From: Deltaproteobacteria bacterium | GTDB lineage: Bacteria; Myxococcota_A; UBA796; UBA9615 | DNA length: 64,000 nucleotides | Direction: 5' to 3' | Assembly: GCA_002724675.1 (NCBI GenBank) | Contig: PBPL01000101.1 | Location: forward strand, 8 to 64,007 | Shown here: one piece after another, positions 46,297-53,832 of the stretch | Layout: each line of letters begins with the position of its first letter | How positions within the stretch are numbered: the stretch's first letter is position 1 | Position numbers and translations under genes: made by a program | Notes under the pieces: model-generated | Databases searched by the model: none | What the model was told of the DNA's origin: nothing | Seen by the model: the letters and a program-made list of their open reading frames with translations, nothing else

Positions 46297-47649
46297 CTAG
46301 AGCTTGTGGATCCGACCGGCAGGAGAGTCAACTCCAGCCAGAGCATTACGACAGTCGACAATCGCCACTGATTTCCGCGCGACCAACTCCCAGTCGATGG
46401 CAGCATGATCCGCGGTCACCACGACACAATCAAAGGAGGAGAGCATCTCTTCGCCCAGCGACTCCGAAGCCAGCAACTCCCCCGAGACAAGCTCCAAGTG
46501 TGGCACATGTGGATCGTGGTACCGGATCTCAGCTCCCCGAGCGATCAGTAACTGAATGACATCGAGCGCCGGGCTCTCCCGAGTGTCGGACACGTTGGCC
46601 TTGTAGCTCACACCTAGGATGAGCACTCGACTGCCACGCACCGACTTGGAGTCCTCGTTCAGGCTCTCAGAGACCAACTCCACCACATGAGCCGGCATCG
46701 AGGTGTTGACCTCGGCGGCCAACTCGATGAACCGTGCGCGATAGTTGAGTGTCTTGAGGATCCAGGAAAGATAGTGCGGATCCACAGGGATGCAGTGCCC
46801 ACCCAGACCGGGGCCTGGATAAAACTTCATGAAGCCAAACGGCTTGGTGGCGGCGGCATCGATCACCTCCCAGGTGTCCAGGCCCAGCTTGCGACACATG
46901 AGCGCGACCTCGTTGACCAGCCCAATGTTCACCGCTCGAAAGGTGTTCTCCAGTAGCTTGGCCATCTCCGCTGCTCGGGTAGACGACATGGGGACAACCG
47001 TCGTCAAGAAGGTGTTGTACAGCGCGCAACCCACGGCAGTGCACGAATCGGTGATGCCGCCAACGAGACGCGGTGTGTTGCGGATATCGAACGAGAGGTT
47101 CCCCGGATCGACGCGCTCCGGGGAGAAGCAGAGGAAGAAGTCCTCACCGACCACCAAGCCCTTCTCTTCGAAGACGGGCAAGAGAAGCTCGTCGGTGCTC
47201 CCAGGGTAGGTGGTCGACTCCAGGACAATGAGTTGCCCAGGTCGAAGCCGCTCAGCCACTTCGCGGGCAGCCGTCAGAATGAACGAGATGTCCGGATCCC
47301 GCGTCTTGGATAGCGGAGTCGGCACGCAGATAGAGATCGCGTCCATCTCGGACAAATCATCGAAGCTCGCCCGGGGATGGAATCGACCCGACTGAAGGCA
47401 CTCCTGCAGGACCTTGTCGCTTACGTCGTCAATGTAGGACTTTCCCGCTAATAGACTGTCAATCTTTCGCTGATCAATGTCGTAGCCGGTCACATCGAGA
47501 CCAGCAGAGACCATGGTCATCGCCAGAGGAAGACCCACATAGCCCTGCCCGATGACACCCACTCGAGCCCCACCAGACTGAATGAGCCCAATCAACGCTG
47601 CGCTGGCATCCGTAGCTTGGTCGAGCGGCGTTGATTGATCAGTTCTCAT
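46297..47649 (-). CDS. Nucleotide-sugar dehydrogenase (UDP-GlcNAc/UDP-ManNAc 6-dehydrogenase-like)
   Basis: Rossmann motif VGVIGQGYVGLPLA, ICVPTP, and the catalytic region GLGGHCIPVDP. ATGA overlap with the upstream gene's stop. Confidence 0.85.
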   Translation of the reverse strand: MRTDQSTPLDQATDASAALIGLIQSGGARVGVIGQGYVGLPLAMTMVSAGLDVTGYDIDQRKIDSLLAGKSYIDDVSDKVLQECLQSGRFHPRASFDDLSEMDAISICVPTPLSKTRDPDISFILTAAREVAERLRPGQLIVLESTTYPGSTDELLLPVFEEKGLVVGEDFFLCFSPERVDPGNLSFDIRNTPRLVGGITDSCTAVGCALYNTFLTTVVPMSSTRAAEMAKLLENTFRAVNIGLVNEVALMCRKLGLDTWEVIDAAATKPFGFMKFYPGPGLGGHCIPVDPHYLSWILKTLNYRARFIELAAEVNTSMPAHVVELVSESLNEDSKSVRGSRVLILGVSYKANVSDTRESPALDVIQLLIARGAEIRYHDPHVPHLELVSGELLASESLGEEMLSSFDCVVVTADHAAIDWELVARKSVAIVDCRNALAGVDSPAGRIHKL

Positions 47650-49526
47650 CGGTGCTTGGCGGGTCCCACACAGGAGCGACGCATCCTACCCGGATTCCGT
47701 CCGCGCGACACCAGCCCGAGCAGTGCCCACGCCATCAGCAGAGCCACCGGCCCGTGTCCGCGAGCAGAACCACCCAACGACAGGAGCGAGGCCCCACAGT
47801 CCAAGCTGGGAGTCTCGTCCAGACGAAGAGGGTCGGAATAGCCCAGGTATTCCTCTAGGTTCGAGACGCCATCTCCATCGGCATCGAGCGCCCCATCGGC
47901 TCTCTGCGGATTCAATCCCCAGGCAAGCTCCCACACGTCATCCATGCCGTCCGCGTCCCCATCCGGAGGCAGATAGATCAGGCCCAACTCCACCCGTTCT
48001 TCAGTTCCCACCGAGACGACATCAGCGCTCCGCAGCGACCGTGCCTCTGGCCAGTAGGTTGTGACGCGGCTGGGATCGCCGGTGCAAAATGGTAGCCACT
48101 CAACCTGGACCAGGTAGGCGCCAGTATCGAGGCCCTGGACCACAAAAGCGCCATCCCCATCCGTTCGACCACCAGCGACCTCCATCTCGTCAGAGGCGTC
48201 GAATACTGTAATTGCGGCTCCACGAACCGCGGTGCCTGTTCGAGTCCGCACCGACCCCACCAACTGGCCTCCTTCCAGCATGGAGATGTCCAGCTGGCGT
48301 GTCTCACCAGCAACCAATCGGATGGGTTCGGCTGTGCGAAATGGAAGCAGTGGCGACGTACCGGCCAACTGGACCTCCACAGACACCGCACCCGCGGGCA
48401 AGTGCTCCAGACGAGCGGGTGTACTGGAGGTCTCCGGTCCCACCGACCGCGCCAGTAGGCGCTCCCCTCCCCCTCCATCGCTCGCCTGCCGCACAACCAA
48501 TTGCGCCCCGTAGCCCGCCTGCTCCTCCAGCCCACTGACACGAACCTCCAAGACCGCGGCCTCGGCGAGGACGAGGTCAGGAACCGTTGTCACCTCGCCC
48601 GCTTCGAGAAGCAGCCAATCAGCTTCGGCTTGAGTGTCCACTCCAGGAGACCACGTCCTTGAAAACCCCTCCGCTTCCACTCGCAACTGAAACTCAGAGC
48701 CGGGAACGGCGTCGAAGTAAAACCGACCGGTCGAATCGGTTGTAGAGGGCGGAACTGACGCGTTCCGCATCGACAAGAAAACCTCAGCCCCCGGGACAGG
48801 TCTATCTTCCTCGAGGACCCGACCCGCCACCGTGGCTCCTGCAGGCACCACGAGGTCAGCGCGTCGGTCCTCTCCACGCACAGCGTGAATGAACTCCGCC
48901 CCCTCAGGATTCCAGGTCCCCGGGAACCAGACCGACCCCGCCATGGGCACCTCGCCCAGCGGCGCCAGGGAGACTCTCAGCTCGTAGAGCCCCGGGAGGA
49001 TCTCCTCGTCCTCCACGAACGAATCCAGACCCGTGATGCGGTACTGACCTTCATCATCGGTCCAGGATTCTCGAATCAGCCCCTGGTGGAAATAGCCCAC
49101 CCCAGTGGCCGTGACCCTCTGGCCAGCGAGAGGGGCTCCATTGGAGTCCACAACCGTGCCCCACAACGACCCCCCTACAGGCAACAGGAAGTCGATGCCA
49201 GACAAGGTCTGATCGCTCTCTAAGCGCAAGATCTCTGCATTGCAGAAGAGATAGCGATCATCGTAGTAGGCACCCAGCCGATTGAGGGCATCCGGCGGCA
49301 AGGCCCAGGCCCGGTGCAGGCCTGGGTCGACTCCTTCGATGCGGTAGAACCCGCGCTCGTCCGTCGTGGACAGGGCCGCTTGGCCCTTGAGGTCCATGGC
49401 ATAGACCTGGACGCCCTCCAGCGGCTCCCCACCAGGGTATCCGGCGACCTCCCCCTCCAGAACGGCAGCGGCCGCGGCCCCCCCGTAGAGGAGGACCGCG
49501 GCCGCGAGAATGCCTATTGGGCGAAT
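47646..49526 (-). CDS. Secreted protein: repeated carboxypeptidase-regulatory-like (CarboxypepD_reg) domains, a TSP3-like Asp-rich Ca-binding repeat, and a C-terminal Cys + hydrophobic + Arg-rich sorting-like tail
   Basis: Repeated G.V.D..G.P..GA.V... TD..G.Y.I.GL patterns, and DGDADGMDDVWE...DADGDGVSNLEEY. The first canonical start is ATG 49397, but the in-frame sequence upstream encodes a signal peptide and the start of the first domain. I therefore extend the call to ATT 49524-49526 (see findings). Confidence 0.6.
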   Translation of the reverse strand: MRPIGILAAAVLLYGGAAAAAVLEGEVAGYPGGEPLEGVQVYAMDLKGQAALSTTDERGFYRIEGVDPGLHRAWALPPDALNRLGAYYDDRYLFCNAEILRLESDQTLSGIDFLLPVGGSLWGTVVDSNGAPLAGQRVTATGVGYFHQGLIRESWTDDEGQYRITGLDSFVEDEEILPGLYELRVSLAPLGEVPMAGSVWFPGTWNPEGAEFIHAVRGEDRRADLVVPAGATVAGRVLEEDRPVPGAEVFLSMRNASVPPSTTDSTGRFYFDAVPGSEFQLRVEAEGFSRTWSPGVDTQAEADWLLLEAGEVTTVPDLVLAEAAVLEVRVSGLEEQAGYGAQLVVRQASDGGGGERLLARSVGPETSSTPARLEHLPAGAVSVEVQLAGTSPLLPFRTAEPIRLVAGETRQLDISMLEGGQLVGSVRTRTGTAVRGAAITVFDASDEMEVAGGRTDGDGAFVVQGLDTGAYLVQVEWLPFCTGDPSRVTTYWPEARSLRSADVVSVGTEERVELGLIYLPPDGDADGMDDVWELAWGLNPQRADGALDADGDGVSNLEEYLGYSDPLRLDETPSLDCGASLLSLGGSARGHGPVALLMAWALLGLVSRGRNPGRMRRSCVGPAKHR

Positions 49527-49529
49527 GGC

Positions 49530-50462
49530 TTACTCGAAGCCAATCAGCCAGATCGCCTGTCCACCGTACTGCCCAGACAGGTCCGTGCCCACGTAGGGGT
49601 TGGTCTCGGTGTTCTTGAAGAACTCCCAGTATCCGTACCACGAAGAGCCGGGGCCCGCCGCAGCCGAGACCTGGTTGATACCAATCTCGTTGGACAGCGT
49701 TCCAGGGGTGTTGTTCACGAAACCAGCGTGGGTGAACTCAAGCCCGTACTCAGACAGGGTCTGCTCGATCTCGGCAGCGCTGTAGCCACCGTCCACCGTC
49801 AGCTCCATGCCCTGATCGCTCATCGTGGTGACATCCACCAAGCCGAGGCTGAGGAAGTCGCCCATGCCACCATCGGTGATGGGAGTCAGCAGCGAGGGGC
49901 CGAAGTTGGCGCCGGCGAGGTCCAGCTCGGCGACATCGCAGTCGTCCGGGTTGGTCGCAGGATCGGAGATGTCGGTGGCCGACGTGTGATCGAACTCAAT
50001 GGAGCCCGTGCAGTTGTTGCAGCCTTCACCAGCCAGGATGCCGGGGCCGAAGGTGGCAGAGCCAGCGATCTGAATCCACTGCGTGCAGTTCAGGATCTGG
50101 GTTGCCTCGTTGTACTCAGCCCAGTAGTTGACACCGAACACGGCAGAGATGTCGGTAGAGGAGTCGTCCACGGGGACCGCTTCCATCTCGATGGAGAAGC
50201 TGATGGCAGCCAGCGCGAACTCAGCCGCGGTGTCGTCATCATCATCGTCGTCATCATCATCGTCGTCGCCGAGGTTGTTACCACCGTCGTCGTCGTCGTC
50301 ACCAGGAATGTTGTTGCCGTCGTTGTCAGTGTCACCGTCGATGGACGAGTCGCCACCATTGGCACCATCTGTGCGGGCATCACAGCCCATTCCAACCAAC
50401 GCAACACCCACAACCAGCGCCAACATATAGCTACTGAACATCTTCACGATAACCTTGAACAT
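49530..50462 (-). CDS. Asp-rich lipoprotein, function unknown
   Basis: ATG 50460-50462 preceded by GGAGGGAG. Lipobox LVGMGC. D/N/G-rich region including D5 and D12 runs. The remainder has no recognisable motif. Confidence 0.65.
   Translation of the reverse strand: MFKVIVKMFSSYMLALVVGVALVGMGCDARTDGANGGDSSIDGDTDNDGNNIPGDDDDDGGNNLGDDDDDDDDDDDDTAAEFALAAISFSIEMEAVPVDDSSTDISAVFGVNYWAEYNEATQILNCTQWIQIAGSATFGPGILAGEGCNNCTGSIEFDHTSATDISDPATNPDDCDVAELDLAGANFGPSLLTPITDGGMGDFLSLGLVDVTTMSDQGMELTVDGGYSAAEIEQTLSEYGLEFTHAGFVNNTPGTLSNEIGINQVSAAAGPGSSWYGYWEFFKNTETNPYVGTDLSGQYGGQAIWLIGFE
50232..50300 (-). repeat. GAY (Asp) codon tract encoding GDDDDDGGNNLGDDDDDDDDDDDD
   Basis: The plus strand reads GTCGTCATCATCATCGTCGTCATCATCATCGTCGTC..., a low-complexity trinucleotide tract inside the lipoprotein CDS. 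Confidence 0.9.
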
Positions 50463-50704
50463 TCGGGTCTCCCTCCACCTCGCATATACCGACCAGACCG
50501 GTTGCAGACACCCTGCAACACGAACCATCCAGCCCAGCTGAGTGCGAGCGGCGAGCGGTATGTACCCGAGAGCCGCGCGAAAGAAAAGTCCTTTTTCGAA
50601 CAAGCCCTACGCGAAACGGCAACAGGCATCGAAATCGGAAAAAACAAGAAGAGACGCAACTTCAAGACAAGGTCGACGCTGTAACCGATAGCGGCAACCG
50701 CAGC

Positions 50705-51991
50705 TCAGTCAACGCGAACCTGCCTGGGAGGCTCCTTCGACGCCGAGACCGCTCTGACCCGAGCCGTATCCAGCTGACCTCGACCAAACTCCGAGTCGAT
50801 CTCGCGTGCCAGCGAGAGCACGAAGCGAAGAGTTTGCTCGAGAGCGCGGGGCTCTACCGAGTCCAATCGGTCCTGGTGCGTGTGTAAGACCTCCGCAGCC
50901 CTGCCACGAACCAACGTAGTGAGCGTCACCGCCCGGTAGCCGGCCTCCGTCACCGGACCCGCATCGGTTCGCCCCACAAGGGCGACCTCGCCGACCCCAT
51001 CGAACTCATCGGACTGAGCGAGACGCTCCGCCAGAGCAGGCAGGCTTGGTCTATATGGCAAGCGGTCCCAACGCCCTTCTGAGCTGACGAAGTGCAGCTC
51101 CCCACGGCCGACGTCGTCTAGGTTGACGAAGAAGGTCGCGCGCCGGTCCAGAAGATGAGCGAACTGGCGCACGAACGCCTTCATGCCGCCCGAGTCCGCT
51201 TCACGCGCGCCGGTCGCGAGGACCCACAGCTCGCAGTGCTCCAGTGGTTCATTCACCAGATGCTCCGCGGCCACTAGAGCCACCGCGAGGCCAGAGCCGT
51301 TGTCGATGGCCCCAGCGGTGGGGACAGAGCGCCACCAATCGATGGCAATGAGAAGCGTGGCGACGTGGATCCAGGCCGCCATCAGCAGCGCCGCAAGCGC
51401 GACGGGAGAGGGTTCAGGAAGCGCCAACGCCAAGATGGAGGCGACAAGTTGAGTAGCACCACCGACGAGTACAATGGTGCCAGGGTGCAGGGGCACACCA
51501 CCGATTAATTCATAGTGAGCCAGTCGCTTGACCCAGGGACTGAAGAGCGTGGACGCACCGGCCACGTCCGCATGCGCCACGAGCACCACCCGACCCCGAC
51601 TGCCCGGCTGCCGAAGGCGCGCGACCATATTGCCCGTCAGCTGCTTCATGAGAAGCCAGCGCACCAGACGCGGGCGGCCGCGAAGCTCACCCCAAAAGGA
51701 CAGCAAGACCAACGAAGTCAGCAACACAGGCCCCAACCCGTTGCTCAGAAGGGACCAGAGCAGGGCCACGAGCAGAAGGGCCGAGTGTGTCCCCAGCAGG
51801 ACAGAGGTCTGAGGAGCGCACACCGCCCCCTCAACGACCGTGTCCATGCCCAGCCGGTCTAGACGCCCGGCAAGCGCAGCCTGGGCCATGCGCTCACCTT
51901 GAGAACCCGCCAGTCGACCAGGCAACTCGGTGACAACCCCGATGAATTCCTTCATGCGTTGGACCGTCGATGTTTGATGCGAGTGTGACAT
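50705..51991 (-). CDS. M28-family metallopeptidase-like membrane protein
   Basis: RVVLVAHADV... and GAIDNGSGLAVALVAAEHL...WVLATGAREADSGGMKAF resemble M28 metal-ligand blocks. Several hydrophobic helices lie N-terminal to and between these blocks. Confidence 0.5.
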   Translation of the reverse strand: MSHSHQTSTVQRMKEFIGVVTELPGRLAGSQGERMAQAALAGRLDRLGMDTVVEGAVCAPQTSVLLGTHSALLLVALLWSLLSNGLGPVLLTSLVLLSFWGELRGRPRLVRWLLMKQLTGNMVARLRQPGSRGRVVLVAHADVAGASTLFSPWVKRLAHYELIGGVPLHPGTIVLVGGATQLVASILALALPEPSPVALAALLMAAWIHVATLLIAIDWWRSVPTAGAIDNGSGLAVALVAAEHLVNEPLEHCELWVLATGAREADSGGMKAFVRQFAHLLDRRATFFVNLDDVGRGELHFVSSEGRWDRLPYRPSLPALAERLAQSDEFDGVGEVALVGRTDAGPVTEAGYRAVTLTTLVRGRAAEVLHTHQDRLDSVEPRALEQTLRFVLSLAREIDSEFGRGQLDTARVRAVSASKEPPRQVRVD

Positions 51992-52073
51992 TGTCGAGAA
52001 GAGTCTAAACCGTTCGCTATACTCTCAAACCCCAGGGGTCGGTCTTCGGCCCATTACCTCGGTTAGGACCTCG

Positions 52074-53498
52074 ATGAACCTCGTTGTCGACGAGGTTGTT
52101 TCGCTGCACAGCGACAACCTCTCTCATGTATTCCATGTACCCACATCATCGCTGTATGCGATGGACTCCGAAACCATGTCTATCCTCGAGGGTGCTCGTG
52201 ATGGACTGCATACCGATCAGAGCCTGCAGAAACTGACGGCGGACTCAGGTCTCGACCCGGCCGAGGTCGAGGACATCATCGACAATTTGGTGAAGTTGCG
52301 TCTCCTGGTCCCACCAGGCGAGACCGGCAACCGAGGCCCACTTGCTGACCGGCCGCAGAGTGGCCGGAGCATGGGCAATCTCGTCCTCCACGTGGCACAC
52401 ACCTGCAATCTGGGTTGCGGCTACTGCTATGCGGAGCAAGGCCTGTACAAGGGCAAAGCCACCCTCATGAACGAAGAGCGAGCCCATGAATATGTGGACT
52501 GGCTATTCGACCAGTGTGATCCGGAGACCAAGTCTCTCGGCATCACTTTCTTCGGGGGCGAGCCACTGCTGAATCTGAAAGTCATGAAGTCCGCCGCAGC
52601 CCATGCTCGAGAACGAGCGGACACGGACAACAAGTCTGTGCGGTTCTCCGTGACGACCAACGGCACCCTAGTCACCCCCGAGATCGTCGACTTTCTAGCC
52701 GCCATCGACTGTGTCGTCACAGTGAGTCTGGACGGCATCGGCAAGACCAACGATCGCCTGCGCCCGTTCCACTCGGGCCGCGGGTCCTACGACCTCGTCC
52801 TGGACCGCATCCAACCGCTCCTCGAACGGGGCAAGGTGGCTGCCCGTGTCACCGTCACCCGGCAGAACCTCGATGTCGTAGACACCGTCACGACGCTCCT
52901 CGAACGAGGCTTCGCTGAGGTGGGGTGCTCGCCAGTCGATGCGAAGAATCCTGCCTACGACCTGCGAGGGGAAGACTACGAAGTGCTGCTCGATGGCTTC
53001 GGCACACTCTCCCGACGCTACATCGACGAGGCCGTGCAGGGTCGTAAGTACGGCTTCTCTAACATCGCCAACATCATCAAGGCGGTGCACCAAGGGCACA
53101 ACAAGGACTACCCGTGCGGCGCGGGGCTCCAGATGGTTGCGGGTGCCCCCAACGGTGAGATGAGCCTATGCCACCGATTCGTTGGTGAGCCGGACTACGT
53201 CCTTGGCAACGTCAAAGAGGGTGGAATCGATAGCCATCGTCGGCTTCAGATCCTCGAGGACATCCAGCTGTCCGAGCGATCCGACTGCTCCAGTTGCTGG
53301 GCCCGTTACATCTGCTCCGGCGGATGCCACCACGTCAACTTCCTGTTCGAGGGAGACCCCAGCCGCACTTACCTGACCCACTGTGACTACCTCCGAGCTT
53401 GGTATCGCATGGGCCTCGAAGCCTACGCTGAGATCATGTCACGCAACCCCGAGTTCGTCGGGGAGTTCATCGACCCCGGTTTTCTGTGCAATCAGTAA
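52074..53498 (+). CDS. qhpD: Radical SAM / SPASM-domain peptide-modifying enzyme (QhpD-like thioether-forming maturase)
   Basis: CX3CX2C at C111/C115/C118 (CNLGCGYC, nt 52404-52427). Full 7-Cys SPASM motif: C348-x12-G-x4-C366 ... C405-x2-C408-x5-C414-x3-C418 ... C437 (nt 53115-53384). About 100 aa N-terminal to the core could be a peptide-binding (RRE-like) region. Sits immediately upstream of a QhpC-like peptide gene. Confidence 0.8.
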   Translation: MNLVVDEVVSLHSDNLSHVFHVPTSSLYAMDSETMSILEGARDGLHTDQSLQKLTADSGLDPAEVEDIIDNLVKLRLLVPPGETGNRGPLADRPQSGRSMGNLVLHVAHTCNLGCGYCYAEQGLYKGKATLMNEERAHEYVDWLFDQCDPETKSLGITFFGGEPLLNLKVMKSAAAHARERADTDNKSVRFSVTTNGTLVTPEIVDFLAAIDCVVTVSLDGIGKTNDRLRPFHSGRGSYDLVLDRIQPLLERGKVAARVTVTRQNLDVVDTVTTLLERGFAEVGCSPVDAKNPAYDLRGEDYEVLLDGFGTLSRRYIDEAVQGRKYGFSNIANIIKAVHQGHNKDYPCGAGLQMVAGAPNGEMSLCHRFVGEPDYVLGNVKEGGIDSHRRLQILEDIQLSERSDCSSCWARYICSGGCHHVNFLFEGDPSRTYLTHCDYLRAWYRMGLEAYAEIMSRNPEFVGEFIDPGFLCNQ

Positions 53499-53535
53499 CG
53501 AGAGCCTAAGATTGGCGCGAAAAGGAACCCAGCCC

Positions 53536-53832
53536 ATGAGCCGAATCAAGCCTCTGAACATTAAGGCAAGAGCTGTCGAAGCGAGCACAGACCGCGACGT
53601 GCGGGGCTACGCATTCGGCGACTGCTGCGCATCCTTCGCGCCGGGTTGGGAGGTGGGCACCCAAGACAACGCCGACCCCTGCCCGTGGAAGAGCGACCTC
53701 AGCCTCTGCTGGGGCACCTGCTACTGGATGGGTCAGGTGCCCGACTACATCTCGTACGGGGAGTGGCTCGACACCTGCGGCAACATTCAGAACGACTGGC
53801 GCAATCTCTGTACCATTCCGGACAACGGGTGA
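53536..53832 (+). CDS. qhpC: 98-aa Cys/Trp-rich precursor peptide, QhpC-like (gamma subunit of quinohemoprotein amine dehydrogenase; CTQ and thioether carrier)
   Basis: ATG 53536 preceded by AAAGGAA. Sequence MSRIKPLNIKARAVEASTDRDVRGYAFGDCCASFAPGWEVGTQDNADPCPWKSDLSLCWGTCYWMGQVPDYISYGEWLDTCGNIQNDWRNLCTIPDNG. Blocks C-x3-F-x-PGWEV, C-x3-C-x-W-x3-VPD and DWRNL match my recollection of Pseudomonas/Paracoccus QhpC. The Cys-to-acceptor spacings match the published crosslinks (see findings). Confidence 0.75.
   Translation: MSRIKPLNIKARAVEASTDRDVRGYAFGDCCASFAPGWEVGTQDNADPCPWKSDLSLCWGTCYWMGQVPDYISYGEWLDTCGNIQNDWRNLCTIPDNG

Noticed and set aside
52018-52023. TATACT -10-like hexamer upstream of the radical SAM gene, with a possible TTGTCG -35 element at 51991-51996.
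   Set aside because: The spacing is 21 nt, too long for a sigma-70-type promoter. Promoter consensus in this presumed lineage is uncertain, so I cannot support a promoter call from sequence alone.
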